Numbered from the stretch's first letter, positions 51,230 through 62,105 are shown. The stretch is 64,000 bases of DNA from Patescibacteria group bacterium (GCA_041649315.1 JBAZNJ010000001.1:69869-133868); one strand, 5' to 3'. Notes: a model not told the origin generated them from the sequence alone. Numbers and translations are program-made.

Positions 51230-53869
51230 ATGTTCAATAAATTTACAGACAAATCACAAGAAGCGATTATTAATGCGCAGATTATTGCCTCGGCCTACGG
51301 CCAATCAAATATTGAGGCGCTCCATATTCTTCTTTCCCTGCTCCAACAAAACGAGAGTTTGATCAAACCGGTTTTAGAAAAAATAAAAATCGATCCGGAC
51401 CGAATCGAGGACTATACGATTAAAGCGATCCAAAAATTACCGCGCGTTCGCGTTAACCCGAATACCGGGCCGGTTCAAGCCGTCTCGGGCACGGCGGAAA
51501 CGGCAATGGTTTTAGAACGGGCACAAAAAGAAGCCGACGGTATGAGCGATGAATTTATTTCTACCGAACATATCTTGCTTGCGCTGATCGGCGTGCCGAC
51601 TCCGGCGCAAAAAGTCCTTTTGGATTTTAAGGTCGAATATGAAAAAGTCAAAGAGCTTTTAAAGGATCTACGCGGCGGTCAGACAATTCATGATCCTTTT
51701 CCGGAAAATAAATATAAGGTCTTGGAAAAATATACGACTAATTTAACCGAACTTGCCCGTCAGGAAAAGCTGGATCCGGTTGTCGGACGCGATCAGGAAA
51801 TCCGCCGCATCATGCAGGTCTTGCTCCGTCGCACGAAAAATAATCCGGTTTTGATCGGTGAAGCCGGTACCGGAAAAACGGCAATTGTCGAAGGTCTAGC
51901 CCAGCGCGTCATCGCCGGAGATGTACCGGAAAATTTGAAAAATAAAGAAATTGTTACTTTAGATTTGGGCGCGCTTGTCGCCGGAGCGAAATTCCGCGGC
52001 GAATTTGAGGACCGCTTAAAAGCTGTTTTAAAGGAAGTAAAATCCCAGAACGGCCGGATAATTCTGTTCATTGACGAACTCCATACTTTAATCGGCGCCG
52101 GCGCTTCCGAAGGTTCAATGGACGCTTCTAATATGCTTAAACCGGCGCTCGCCCGCGGCGAACTGCGCACTATTGGCGCGACCACAACTAAAGAATACCA
52201 AAAATATATTGAAAAAGACGCGGCCTTAGAACGACGTTTCCAACCGATCATGGTTAATGAGCCGAGCGTTGACGATACTGTGAGCATGCTCCGGGGCATC
52301 AAGGAAAAATACGAAGTCCATCATGGCGTCCGAATTACCGACGACGCGCTGGTCGCGGCCGCGAAATTATCCAACCGCTACATCAGCGACCGTTTTCTGC
52401 CGGATAAAGCCGTAGATCTGATCGACGAGGCAACTTCTTCACTCCGCATGGAAATCGACTCCATGCCGGACGAACTTGATCAATTAAAGCGCCAAATCAA
52501 ACAATTGGAACTTAACAAAGCCGGACTGGCGACCACGGCTAAAAAATCGCCACGGATCCGAACGCTTAACGCCGAGCTTGCCAAATTACGGGAGAAAGCT
52601 GACCAGCTTGAGCTCCATTGGAATAATGAAAAAAATATCATTTCCCAGATCCGCGCTTCCAAGAAAGACATTGAGGACTTAAAAATAAAAGCGGAAATCT
52701 CCCAGCGCCAAGGCGGCGATCTGACCGAAGTGGCAAAAATTCGTTATAGCTTGATTCCGGAATTGGAAAAGAAAATAAATGATCTCCAGAGCGAACTTCT
52801 AAAAATTCAAAAAAAAGGCCAGCGCATCTTAAAAGAAGAGGTTGATGAGGAAGACATTGCCAAAGTCGTGGCGCGCTGGACCGGCATTCCGGTCAATAAA
52901 ATGCTCCAAGACGAAATCCGGCGCCTAAGCGACGCCGAGAAAGAACTGGCCGAAGAAGTCGTCGGCCAGGACGAAGCGATCAAGGCAGTCGCCAATGCTT
53001 TGCGCCGCAGTCGCGCCGGCATCAGCGAAGAAAAAAAGCCGATTGGCTCCTTCCTCTTCGTCGGACCGACCGGCGTGGGTAAAACCGAACTAGCGAAAGC
53101 GCTCGCCCGCTTTATGTTTGATGACGAAAAAGCGCTCATCCGTTTAGACATGAGTGAATTTATGGAAAAACATAGCGTCGCGAAACTTATCGGCTCGCCG
53201 CCCGGCTACATCGGCCATGATGACGGCGGCCAATTAACCGATAAAGTTCGCCGCCATCCTTATTCTGTCGTGTTATTTGATGAGATTGAAAAAGCGCATC
53301 CGGATATGTTTAACATGCTCCTACAGATTTTAGATGACGGCCGTTTGACCGACTCAAAAGGCCGCGTCGTTAATTTTAAAAACACGATTGTGATCATGAC
53401 TTCTAACTTAGGGAATGAAATAATCAAACAATACTCAATCGGCTTTACCGATGAGAGCGATAAGGATCAGGCGACCCGCCTTAGAACCAGTGAAATGAAA
53501 GAAAAAATCGATAAGATCTTAAAAAACCATTTCAAACTTGAATTCCTAAACCGTATCGACGAGACCGTCCTCTTCCAGAGCTTAAAGCCGGAAGATCTTG
53601 AAAAAATCGTTGATTTAGAATTAACAAAAGTGGCGAAGCGTTTAGGAAATAAAAATATCATAATCAAGATTAGCCCGAAAGTTAAAAAACTCCTGGCGGA
53701 AAAAGGATATGATATAACTTATGGCGCCCGGCCGTTAAAACGAATCATCCAAACCATGATTTTAGACGAATTGGCTCTGGAAATCATTGAAGGAAAAATC
53801 AAGGACGGCGATAAGGTCCGAATTGATTTAAATGATACGGAGGCGGTGGTGTTGAGGGTGGGGGGATAA
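51230..53869 (+). CDS. clpB: chaperone ClpB
   Basis: A Clp_N start ([13 protein letters not shown]), two AAA+ modules ([18 protein letters not shown] and [15 protein letters not shown]), and the long middle coiled coil typical of ClpB. Confidence 0.92.
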   Translation: MFNKFTDKSQEAIINAQIIASAYGQSNIEALHILLSLLQQNESLIKPVLEKIKIDPDRIEDYTIKAIQKLPRVRVNPNTGPVQAVSGTAETAMVLERAQKEADGMSDEFISTEHILLALIGVPTPAQKVLLDFKVEYEKVKELLKDLRGGQTIHDPFPENKYKVLEKYTTNLTELARQEKLDPVVGRDQEIRRIMQVLLRRTKNNPVLIGEAGTGKTAIVEGLAQRVIAGDVPENLKNKEIVTLDLGALVAGAKFRGEFEDRLKAVLKEVKSQNGRIILFIDELHTLIGAGASEGSMDASNMLKPALARGELRTIGATTTKEYQKYIEKDAALERRFQPIMVNEPSVDDTVSMLRGIKEKYEVHHGVRITDDALVAAAKLSNRYISDRFLPDKAVDLIDEATSSLRMEIDSMPDELDQLKRQIKQLELNKAGLATTAKKSPRIRTLNAELAKLREKADQLELHWNNEKNIISQIRASKKDIEDLKIKAEISQRQGGDLTEVAKIRYSLIPELEKKINDLQSELLKIQKKGQRILKEEVDEEDIAKVVARWTGIPVNKMLQDEIRRLSDAEKELAEEVVGQDEAIKAVANALRRSRAGISEEKKPIGSFLFVGPTGVGKTELAKALARFMFDDEKALIRLDMSEFMEKHSVAKLIGSPPGYIGHDDGGQLTDKVRRHPYSVVLFDEIEKAHPDMFNMLLQILDDGRLTDSKGRVVNFKNTIVIMTSNLGNEIIKQYSIGFTDESDKDQATRLRTSEMKEKIDKILKNHFKLEFLNRIDETVLFQSLKPEDLEKIVDLELTKVAKRLGNKNIIIKISPKVKKLLAEKGYDITYGARPLKRIIQTMILDELALEIIEGKIKDGDKVRIDLNDTEAVVLRVGG

Positions 53870-53965
53870 TGTTTCTGAAAATTTTTTAGCTTACCTCTCA
53901 ACCATGCAAAAATTTTCCTATACAAAAATACTCTCCTAAGCGGGGAGTATTTTTTGATTTAATAG

Positions 53966-54295
53966 CTATAATAATTTTTTTAATTTCTTTTTTAAACTCG
54001 GTAAATCTTCCTTAACAGTCCGCCAAACTTCTTTTTCATCAATATCAAAGTACTGATGAATCAGAAAATTTCGCATACCGACAATATCCAACCATGGGAT
54101 ATCTTGATGCTTATTTTTAAACTCATTTGAAATTTTGTTGGCCGCTTCGCCAATAATTTCAATCCGGCGCGCAACAGCGTCAACAATCGCCCAGGCATAA
54201 GAAAACTTCTCCCAACTAACTTTTTCAGTATATTGCTCAATCAGTTTAATGCTTTCTAAAATATGAGAAATAAAAATTCTATCGTCTTTAACCAT
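53966..54295 (-). CDS. hepT: HepT-like (DUF86, HEPN) toxin
   Basis: RNFLIHQYFDID is the Rx4H HEPN motif in DUF86 context. The gene overlaps the mntA stop by 8 nt. Confidence 0.8.
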   Translation of the reverse strand: MVKDDRIFISHILESIKLIEQYTEKVSWEKFSYAWAIVDAVARRIEIIGEAANKISNEFKNKHQDIPWLDIVGMRNFLIHQYFDIDEKEVWRTVKEDLPSLKKKLKKLL

Positions 54296-54578
54296 AAATT
54301 TTTATTTCATCGCGCCGAACATATTTTTTAAGTAGAGGATGAATAGAGCGATAAGTTAAAAGATCTACTCGCTTCATGGAGGCTGTTTCTAATTCCCTTT
54401 TTAAAGCGACCATGGACAAAAGCCCACCGATTTCTCCCAGTTCCACTAAAATATCAAGGTCGCTACCTACTTTTTCTTCGCCACGCGCAAAAGAGCCAAA
54501 AATAGAGGCCTTTTTGACTTTATATTTTTCTAAAACCGGCGTTATTTTTTTAATTATAGCTTCTATTTTTTTGCTCAT
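54288..54578 (-). CDS. mntA: MntA-like nucleotidyltransferase antitoxin
   Basis: IFGSFARGEEKVGSDLDILVE is the minimal nucleotidyltransferase GS...DxD motif. Confidence 0.8.
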   Translation of the reverse strand: MSKKIEAIIKKITPVLEKYKVKKASIFGSFARGEEKVGSDLDILVELGEIGGLLSMVALKRELETASMKRVDLLTYRSIHPLLKKYVRRDEIKIYG

Positions 54579-54822
54579 AAAATCGTATTAATATTATAAC
54601 ATTCTCTAAAATTTTGTCTAATTGCTATATTGGTCCAACACGCAAATCATTATTCCCCAATTCGTTTACGAATTGGGGGTTTTTATTTTCTCTTATTTTA
54701 GCCAATTTGTCTTTAGAGCTAATCTATATTATAATATACCTACAATATTATATACCTACCGCCGAATGTTCTTTCAGATATTCGGCAAAATCTTAAAATA
54801 TATAAACCACGATAAACAAAAT

Positions 54823-56310
54823 ATGAAAACAAAATCAACTATCCTAACAATTGGTTTAATTATCTTGGCGCTCTTAGTTTTTCCTTCATTAACTAAACCC
54901 GCACGGGCACAAGTAATAATTGATCCGGATTTCAATCCGAACCGAATCATTGAGGACGCGGATCTTTTGAGTTACAATAGCATGACTTTAGCGCAAATCC
55001 AGAATTTCTTGGTCAGCCAGGGTAGTTATTTAGCTAATTATACGACTTTAAATACGCATGGTAATCTAAAAACCGCGGCTGAAATAATTTATGACGCCGC
55101 CTACAATAATTATGACTGCGAAGGCGTAGAATTAAGCGATACTCCAACCGAAACGGAAAAAGCGTCAAAATGCAAACACATCACGACAATCAATCCGAAA
55201 TTTCTTTTAGTCCTTCTACAGAAAGAAGCCAGCTTGATTGAAGACGCTAACCCGACTCCGAGCCGCCTGGATTGGGCGACCGGCTACGGCTGTCCGGATA
55301 ATTGGGTCTGTAATCCGTATTACAAAGGATTCGGCAAACAGGTTAACAGCGCCGCCCTACAATTCTTAGCTTATATGCAAGAGCCGCAAAATTATTCTTA
55401 CCGCGCCGGCCGGACCTATACCTTTACGAACCCCTATGGCACGATTTCTCAAGAGCCCCTAACGGTTACGCCGGCCAACCAAGCCACGGCCGCTCTATAT
55501 AATTACACGCCGCATGTTTTTAATGGAAATTATAATGTCTATAAGCTCTGGAACCGCTATTTCGGCAACAGTACGGCGATTTCTCGTTTCTACCCGGACG
55601 GATCGCTGATTAAGGAAATCAGCAAGCCGGAAGTTTGGCTAATTGAAAATGGCAATAAACGCCATATCGCAAGCTGGTCGGCTTTTATTTCCCGCTTCAA
55701 ACCGAACCAGATTATTGAAGTGAACCCGGGCGAGACCGATAACTACCCGACCGGCGACCAAATAAAATTCTCTAACTATTCTTTAGTCCAGACGCCGGAC
55801 AAAACTATTTATCTTTTAGTCGATAGCGAAAAACGGCCTTTCGCCAGTGAAGCGGCTTTTAAGAAAATTGGGTTTAGTCCGGATGAACTGGAAAGCGCGA
55901 CTTTAGAAGATTTAGCCGGATACGAAATCGGAAAAACGATTACCGCGACTTCGACCTACGCTATCGGCGCCTTGCTGCAAGACAGTAAAACCGGCGAAGT
56001 TTTCTTGGTTGAAAATGGAGAAAAAGCTCCGATTGATAAAATTCTCTTGGAAACAAAATTTGCCGGTCAAGCGATTACTAAAAAAACAACAAAGGAATTA
56101 GCTACTTATCCGACCGTCAGTCCGATTCTTTTAGACGAGGGTTCTTTGGTTCGGACCGCGAACTTTCCTTTGGTTTATCTGATTTCCGGCGGGAAGAAGC
56201 GTCCGGTTGATGACGCGGCTATGGCTAAATTCGGCTATGATCCGAATAATGTTATTACTGTCTCCTCGCAATTTTTATATAATTACGATATGGGGATAGC
56301 GGTTAATTAA
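54823..56310 (+). CDS. secreted hypothetical protein
   Basis: ORF 54622..56310. The likely start is ATG at 54823 (MKTKSTILTIGLIILALLVFPSLTKPARAQ), a signal peptide. Confidence 0.5.
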   Translation: MKTKSTILTIGLIILALLVFPSLTKPARAQVIIDPDFNPNRIIEDADLLSYNSMTLAQIQNFLVSQGSYLANYTTLNTHGNLKTAAEIIYDAAYNNYDCEGVELSDTPTETEKASKCKHITTINPKFLLVLLQKEASLIEDANPTPSRLDWATGYGCPDNWVCNPYYKGFGKQVNSAALQFLAYMQEPQNYSYRAGRTYTFTNPYGTISQEPLTVTPANQATAALYNYTPHVFNGNYNVYKLWNRYFGNSTAISRFYPDGSLIKEISKPEVWLIENGNKRHIASWSAFISRFKPNQIIEVNPGETDNYPTGDQIKFSNYSLVQTPDKTIYLLVDSEKRPFASEAAFKKIGFSPDELESATLEDLAGYEIGKTITATSTYAIGALLQDSKTGEVFLVENGEKAPIDKILLETKFAGQAITKKTTKELATYPTVSPILLDEGSLVRTANFPLVYLISGGKKRPVDDAAMAKFGYDPNNVITVSSQFLYNYDMGIAVN

Positions 56311-56314
56311 TCTT

Positions 56315-57115
56315 ATGCCTTTAATTAAAACCGTTTTATTGCCTCATTCGCCGCTCTTGATTTCGGAAATCGGCCGTGCCAATCATCACTTTCTTGCCAA
56401 AACCACAGCTGCTTATGAACGGTTGGGCGCGGAATTAAAAGAATCCGGCGTGGAGACGATAATAATTATCAGCCCGCACGGCCGGCTAGCAGCCGATTCT
56501 TTTACGATAAACATCGCGCCGGAAATGATTTTTGATTTTAAAGATTTCGGCTTGATTATGCCGCTAAATTTCCTGCCAGGCGACGCCGTCCTGGCCGATC
56601 AAATAAAAGATACAGCGCGGCAAAATTTCCCACTCCGCCTTATTTCTGAGAATCCTCTTGATCATGGCAGCGCCGTCCCCCTATATCTTTTAAAAAACTT
56701 AATCGGGGATTTTAAAACCTTAATTGTTTCTCCGCCAACGGCAAGCGGCCGCGAACAGCTACTGGCTTTTGGCGACGGGTTGCAATCAGTAATTAAAGCT
56801 AGCCCGAAAAAAATCGCCTTAATCGCTTCCGGCGATCTCTCTCATCGCTTGCAGAAAAAATCACCCGGCGGTTATTCGCCGAAAGGCGCGAAATTTGATA
56901 ATAAACTGATTGAATATTTAAGCGACCCGGAAGACGCGGTGGCGGAAATCTTAAAAATGGATGAAAAATTAGTGAAGGACGCGGGCGAATGCGGTTTTAA
57001 ATCTATCTTGATAATGCTCGGCGTTCTAAGTGGCTGGAGCTGGGAACCAGAAGTGCTTGCTTATCAAACGGATTTTGGTGTCGGCTATCTGAGTATGGAT
57101 TTTAAATTAACTTAA
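56315..57115 (+). CDS. class III extradiol dioxygenase subunit B-like (LigB/MEMO-type fold) protein
   Basis: LLPHSPLL, SPHG, DHGSAVPLYLL and SGDLSHRL are spaced as in the LigB family. Confidence 0.55.
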   Translation: MPLIKTVLLPHSPLLISEIGRANHHFLAKTTAAYERLGAELKESGVETIIIISPHGRLAADSFTINIAPEMIFDFKDFGLIMPLNFLPGDAVLADQIKDTARQNFPLRLISENPLDHGSAVPLYLLKNLIGDFKTLIVSPPTASGREQLLAFGDGLQSVIKASPKKIALIASGDLSHRLQKKSPGGYSPKGAKFDNKLIEYLSDPEDAVAEILKMDEKLVKDAGECGFKSILIMLGVLSGWSWEPEVLAYQTDFGVGYLSMDFKLT

Positions 57116-57159
57116 AAAAATAAGCCCTAACTAAAAATCAGGAGGCACAACCTAATTGT

Positions 57160-57525
57160 ATGGACGACCGTAATCTAAACAATAATCCTCAACCGACAAA
57201 GGATAATTTTAAATCATTCTCCGATATCGTTATTAATAGAAAAACCTTGAAAGCGCCGGCCTACCCTTGGCAGGATCTGGCTCTGCGAGTGATTGCCGAA
57301 CTAAGCGTCCCCGGCTTCAAGCGCAATTCTGTTTTTAAGGTCTGCAAAGAAAAGCCGGCCGCAAAAATCTTAACCGCTCTCAATGACACTAAAGAACTAT
57401 GCAAAGACGGTGCGAAATGGAAATATTTTTTTAAGGTTATTGATAACGATGGGCTACCTCTTGATAAGCGCTCGCAGACTGAAGATAACGACCAAACGCT
57501 AAATTATCAGCGCCTTAATCATTGA
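57160..57525 (+). CDS. hypothetical protein
   Basis: A 121-aa ORF with no recognised motif. Confidence 0.4.
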   Translation: MDDRNLNNNPQPTKDNFKSFSDIVINRKTLKAPAYPWQDLALRVIAELSVPGFKRNSVFKVCKEKPAAKILTALNDTKELCKDGAKWKYFFKVIDNDGLPLDKRSQTEDNDQTLNYQRLNH

Positions 57526-57617
57526 TTCCCTCGTTAAGTGGTCAAATTGATAAACGCTATAACTAATAAACGATTTTAATTATTAACACGCCACCCTTAA
57601 TTCTAAATAACAATGAA

Positions 57618-58118
57618 ATGAATAGAATGCCTAAAGAATTAAAAATAATCATTAATCCGGATCCAATCCTGCGAAAAATTTCTCGTCCGATCGCGGATGA
57701 AAAAATACTAGACAGTGCTCTCCAGCGCTTCTTTTTGGATTTGCAGGAGACGATGATAAAAAAAGACGGTGCCGGCTTAGCCGCGCCGCAAGTCGGAAAA
57801 AACATCCGCGCGATTGCTGTTAACGATAACGAAAAAATCCGATTGATGATCAATCCGAAAATAATCAAAAGATCCTGGGCGCGAGAAGTTGAAGAAGAGG
57901 GCTGTCTTTCCGTTTTAAACAAAAAAGGGGAAATCGTCTACGGCCCGGTCGCCCGGCACAAGAAGATAACCTGTGTTTATGAGGATGAAAAAGGTAATAT
58001 AAAAAAAATAAGCGCTGAAAAACTTTTAGCGCGGGTCGTCCAGCATGAAATAGACCACCTGGACGGAATTTTATTTATTGATAAGATCGCTAACGGGAAA
58101 AGGGTTAATCTTGATTAA
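57618..58118 (+). CDS. def: peptide deformylase
   Basis: Motifs GAGLAAPQVG, EGCLS and QHEIDHLDG. Confidence 0.92.
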   Translation: MNRMPKELKIIINPDPILRKISRPIADEKILDSALQRFFLDLQETMIKKDGAGLAAPQVGKNIRAIAVNDNEKIRLMINPKIIKRSWAREVEEEGCLSVLNKKGEIVYGPVARHKKITCVYEDEKGNIKKISAEKLLARVVQHEIDHLDGILFIDKIANGKRVNLD

Positions 58119-58137
58119 AAATTTTAATTTTAAATTT

Positions 58138-58791
58138 TTAATCTTTTAATTTTAAATTTTTTAATCTTTCCCAACGGCTTTTTCGTTTTTCCTTAATCTT
58201 CTTGATTAACCAAAAAACTCCTATAATCAATAAAAGCCAAGATATTTCTTTATAATAAAATCGCAACCGTTCCTGATTCGCGCCGATGAAATAACCGAGC
58301 GCCGCCAGAATACTAACCCAGATCGCCGAACCGGCCGCGGTCAAAAATACAAAACGGCCGAAAGGCATGCGGCAGAAACCGGCCGGCAAGGAAACGAGCT
58401 GTCTCACCACCGGAATAAGGCGCCCAATAAAAGTCGCGGCTGAAGCATTGGCTAAAAAATATTTTTCTGCCCGAGCGACTTTTTTCGGACTAATCATCAG
58501 CCAACGGGCATAACGCGTGGCCGCTAATTTATACACGAGTACTCGGCCTAAAAAAAGTCCGATAAAATAATTAATAATCGCACCTAAAACACTACCGACT
58601 ATTCCGGCGATAATAATCAAAAAAATATTCATTTCTCCCCGGCTCGCCAAATAAGCGGCCGGCGGCACCACGATTTCCGAAGGAAAAGGAAAAAGAGAGC
58701 TTTCAATCGTCATTAAAATCCCGACGCCCGCATAGCCGAGCCCTTGCGTAATATTCAAAGCCCAATTAAAAAAATCAGCTAACATAATCAT
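58138..58791 (-). CDS. DedA family membrane protein
   Basis: FPFPSEIVVPPAAYLA ... GSVLGAIINYFIG ... RLIPVVRQLVSLPAG, typical of DedA/SNARE-associated proteins. Confidence 0.8.
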   Translation of the reverse strand: MIMLADFFNWALNITQGLGYAGVGILMTIESSLFPFPSEIVVPPAAYLASRGEMNIFLIIIAGIVGSVLGAIINYFIGLFLGRVLVYKLAATRYARWLMISPKKVARAEKYFLANASAATFIGRLIPVVRQLVSLPAGFCRMPFGRFVFLTAAGSAIWVSILAALGYFIGANQERLRFYYKEISWLLLIIGVFWLIKKIKEKRKSRWERLKNLKLKD

Positions 58792-58850
58792 TAAATAATT
58801 ATTTCCAACCGAAATAACACCGTTTTTAATATATCATTGTTTTCCCTCTT

Positions 58851-59828
58851 ATGTCCATTACTGATAAACAAGAGCATAGTAAAAATCCCATCCGGGTTAT
58901 TTTTATGGGCACACCGGATTTTGCTTTGCCAGGATTGCACGCTTTAGCCGACACGCCAGATTTTGAGATAGTCGGCGTTTTTACCCAACCGGACAAACCG
59001 GCCGGCCGCGGCCAAATTATGACACCGCCACCGATAAAAATGCTATCCGAAAAATTATCAACGAAAGCAGGGGAAAATAATAAAAATTCCTGGCCAATCT
59101 ATCAACCAGTAAAAATCAAAACTGAAACCGAAACTATAAAAGCATTAGTACCGGATTTAATCGTGGTCATTGCCTATGGTCAGATTATTCCTCCAGCTAT
59201 CTTAGATATTCCACGCTTTGGTTGTATTAATGTTCATGCTTCCCTTTTACCAAAGTACCGCGGCGCGGCCTGCTTGAACGCGCCAATTTTAAACGGCGAC
59301 ACGACGACCGGCGTAACGATAATGAAAATGGATGCCGGCCTTGACACCGGGCCAATCTTACGGCAAGCTAAAATAAACTTAAACGGCCGGGAAACTTTGG
59401 AAGAATTACACGACCACTTGGCGGCTAAGGGTGCGGAAATATTAATTCCGACTTTGCGTGATTTTACGGCCGGGCGGATTAAGCCGCAAAGGCAGGATAA
59501 TAAAGCGGCGACTTATGTCCGGACTTTGAAAAAAAGCGACGGCCGAATCGACTGGACTAAACCGGCTAAAGAAATTGAGCGGTTAATCCGGGCTTATAAT
59601 CCCTGGCCGGGAGCTTATACGGAATGGGACGGAAAAATTATAAAAATAATCACGGCCGCGCCGGAGACATTATTGAAAAATAGCCGGCCGGCCGGAACTT
59701 TTTTTCGGCACCAAGGGAAATTAGCCATCAGCTGTGGACAAGATTCTTTAGTTATATTAAAATTACAAGCGGCCGGAAAAAAGGCCATGACCGCGGCGGA
59801 ATTTTTAAACGGCTATAAGATAAAATAA
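58851..59828 (+). CDS. fmt: methionyl-tRNA formyltransferase
   Basis: Motifs VIFMGTPDFALP, VFTQPDKPAGRG, INVHASLLPKYRGAA and IDWTKPAKEIERLIRAYNPWPGAYT. Confidence 0.92.
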   Translation: MSITDKQEHSKNPIRVIFMGTPDFALPGLHALADTPDFEIVGVFTQPDKPAGRGQIMTPPPIKMLSEKLSTKAGENNKNSWPIYQPVKIKTETETIKALVPDLIVVIAYGQIIPPAILDIPRFGCINVHASLLPKYRGAACLNAPILNGDTTTGVTIMKMDAGLDTGPILRQAKINLNGRETLEELHDHLAAKGAEILIPTLRDFTAGRIKPQRQDNKAATYVRTLKKSDGRIDWTKPAKEIERLIRAYNPWPGAYTEWDGKIIKIITAAPETLLKNSRPAGTFFRHQGKLAISCGQDSLVILKLQAAGKKAMTAAEFLNGYKIK

Positions 59829-59832
59829 TTTT

Positions 59833-59904
59833 GGTCCCTTCGTCTAACGGTTAGGACGCCAGGTTCTCATCCTGGTAATAGGGGTTCGATTCCCCTAGGG
59901 ACTA
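59833..59904 (+). tRNA. tRNA-Glu (anticodon CUC)
   Basis: GGTCCCT TC GTCTAACGGTTAGGAC G CCAGG-TTCTCAT-CCTGG TAAT AGGGGTTCGATTCCCCT AGGGACT-A. Confidence 0.85.
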
Positions 59905-59922
59905 CAAAACTAAAATAAATAT

Positions 59923-60096
59923 ATGAAAAAACATCAAAATGTTTTAAACGGAATCTATGGTCTCGCTTTTATAGGCGCCCTGGTCTATTACCTCCAACAC
60001 GCCACGACATTCTGGACCGGCGTAATAGGATTTTTAAAGGCCTTGGTTTGGCCGGCGTTTCTAGTTTATAGACTATTGGAATTCTTAAAAATGTAA
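59923..60096 (+). CDS. 57-aa small membrane protein, hypothetical
   Basis: Hand translation gives MKKHQNVLNGIYGLAFIGALVYYLQHATTFWTGVIGFLKALVWPAFLVYRLLEFLKM, with two hydrophobic helices. It is below the ORF-track cutoff. Confidence 0.4.
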   Translation: MKKHQNVLNGIYGLAFIGALVYYLQHATTFWTGVIGFLKALVWPAFLVYRLLEFLKM

Positions 60097-60192
60097 CTAA
60101 ATATCCATTAGCATCCCCTTGTCAAAAATAAAATCTTTTGTTATTATCAAATCGTGATTAAAATGGCTTACCTAAGCCGTTTTATTTAAACC

Positions 60193-60268
60193 GCGCCTAT
60201 AGCTCAGTTGGTAGAGCAGTTGCCTTTTAAGCAAACGGTCGCAGGTTCGAATCCTGCTGGGCGCACCA
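60193..60268 (+). tRNA. tRNA-Lys (anticodon UUU), CCA encoded
   Basis: GCGCCTA TA GCTCAGTTGGTAGAGC A GTTGC-CTTTTAA-GCAAA CGGTC GCAGGTTCGAATCCTGC TGGGCGC-A-CCA. Confidence 0.9.
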
Positions 60269-60484
60269 CTAAATAAAACCGTCTAACTATAATCCCCTTT
60301 TATGGGGATTTTTTTATATCTTGACTAATATTTAAAAATGTTTTATAATATTTAGTTCTTTAAAAAACAATAAATTGAGTTAATCGCGGGACTTATTTAT
60401 TATACAATCCTATTATTAAAAAATGATTGCTTGTAAAAAATAAAGCCCGCAATTAACTTGATTTATTAATTAAAAACAAAAAAA

Positions 60485-61330
60485 ATGAAAATAAAACAAA
60501 TTTTATCTATTTTCTTTTTGCTTATATCTATATGTGCGGCATTCGCGCAAATACCTATAAAAACAGAAGACGAAAAAATAAATCTCAATCTTTATGCCGG
60601 CGCTTTATCAATACCAGTATTAAGTATTGATAGTTTAAGCCTTAATCCTTATTTAAGCGCCCGGATTGGAATGCTGATGGCTTGGGAAATAAACCCCTAT
60701 ATTGATCTGAAGCTACAAGGCGTTTCTCAATCAGAAAACGGCTTTAATAATAAAGTTTGGAGTACGGTTTTAATGGTAATAAAACCAACAAAAAAATTAA
60801 ATGTTCAATTTGGATTCTTGCCAACCCTGGCTTGCGAACAGCGTCCATCACCGAATAGCGCCGATGGTCAATTTGAAACCTGGACGCAGAGCCAGATACC
60901 GGGAAGCGCATTCGGTATCAAGGCTAAATACTCTTTAACGGAAAAAATAAAAATCGGAGGCGGCGTTTCCTGTAAAAATAAGCGGCCAGAATATCAAGTT
61001 AAAGCAGAACTATGCCAAAATGCCTTATCAGTATTTTATGAAGAAGGGAGTAAAAGATTCGGCCTAATTTTAACATCGAACTCCGGTCCAATATCAGAAA
61101 CTTTTGTTTTTCGTTCAGATTCATTACTGGGAAACACTCTTGCCGTGTCATTGAACCGGGGTTATCTTATTTATAACGACCTCGGATACAGTCTGGCAAA
61201 AAAATCCTTAGTTAGAGGAGAGATAGGGATATTAAAAAAAATTAAGAGCCGTTATTTTAAAGGTCTATTCGGCCCTGGCTATTGCTACGAGAGCCGCTCG
61301 ATAGCGTTTACTTTATTCATACATATTTAA
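60485..61330 (+). CDS. secreted protein with beta-barrel-like alternating pattern, hypothetical
   Basis: Signal peptide MKIKQILSIFFLLISICAAFAQ. The rest shows alternating hydrophobic/polar strands with frequent G/N/S turns. The gene sits in an AT-rich context. Confidence 0.4.
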   Translation: MKIKQILSIFFLLISICAAFAQIPIKTEDEKINLNLYAGALSIPVLSIDSLSLNPYLSARIGMLMAWEINPYIDLKLQGVSQSENGFNNKVWSTVLMVIKPTKKLNVQFGFLPTLACEQRPSPNSADGQFETWTQSQIPGSAFGIKAKYSLTEKIKIGGGVSCKNKRPEYQVKAELCQNALSVFYEEGSKRFGLILTSNSGPISETFVFRSDSLLGNTLAVSLNRGYLIYNDLGYSLAKKSLVRGEIGILKKIKSRYFKGLFGPGYCYESRSIAFTLFIHI

Positions 61331-61481
61331 AGAGGAGCTTAGCTTCTCTTTTTTCTTGCCAAACTAATAAAAATCTTTTATATTAATTACAGAACCTCAA
61401 GCGTCGATTTAGCCAAGTTAATTAACAAAACAAATAGTCGACCTATTTACTATATTACTTTTGGTATGCTATAATTAAATC

Positions 61482-62105
61482 ATGCCAATAAAAAAAACAA
61501 AATCTAAAATAATTACTGAATTATATTTGAGAAAAAAATTCTCCATGGTTCAAATCGCCTCTGAGCTCAAAATGTCCCCTTCAAGTATTAGATATTGGTT
61601 AGATAAAAATAATGTGAAAAGAAGAACAATTAATGAAGCAATAAATACTTGGTATTTGACTAAACTCCATAAAAAACCTTTCCAATTAAAAACTAAATTT
61701 ACTACCAAAGAAAGAGAGCTGAAAGTGGCTGGGATCATGTTATACTGGGGAGAGGGGGGAAAAACAAAAAACATGGTCAGATTCACAAATAGCGACCCAG
61801 AAATGATTCTCACATTTCTTAACTTTCTAAGAAAAATCTGTGGAGTCCAAGAAGAAAGATTAAAGGCGTTAATCCATATGTACCCGGATCATAATGAAGA
61901 TAAATTAAAACTATTCTGGATAAACACAACGAAGATACCTAAAGAACGTTTTTATAAATCATTTATTCATGAAGGCAGAAAAGGTACATATAAGAAAAAA
62001 TCAAAATATGGGACCTTGGCCATTTATTATTCAGATCAACGGCTTTTGAAAACAATACTAGAATGGATTAATGATTATAAAAATAAACTTAATTCGCCGG
62101 AGTAG
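61482..62105 (+). CDS. HTH + LAGLIDADG-like (homing-endonuclease-like) protein
   Basis: N-terminal HTH-like FSMVQIASELKMSPSSIRYWL, then AGIMLYWGEGGKTKNMVRFTNSDPEMILTFLNFLRKICGV, which resembles LAGLIDADG-type modules (by eye). The stop codon lies inside tRNA-Thr(UGU). Confidence 0.35.
   Translation: MPIKKTKSKIITELYLRKKFSMVQIASELKMSPSSIRYWLDKNNVKRRTINEAINTWYLTKLHKKPFQLKTKFTTKERELKVAGIMLYWGEGGKTKNMVRFTNSDPEMILTFLNFLRKICGVQEERLKALIHMYPDHNEDKLKLFWINTTKIPKERFYKSFIHEGRKGTYKKKSKYGTLAIYYSDQRLLKTILEWINDYKNKLNSPE

Noticed and set aside
51793-53925. Several minus-strand ORFs (63-169 aa) inside clpB
   Set aside because: They are antisense shadows of a highly conserved gene, with Ser/Arg-rich translations.
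60119-60147. TTGTCA-17-TATTAT promoter-like sequence upstream of tRNA-Lys
   Set aside because: A terminator-like hairpin with a T-run (60163-60187) lies between it and the tRNA. The arrangement is therefore ambiguous, and AT-rich spacer generates such matches easily.
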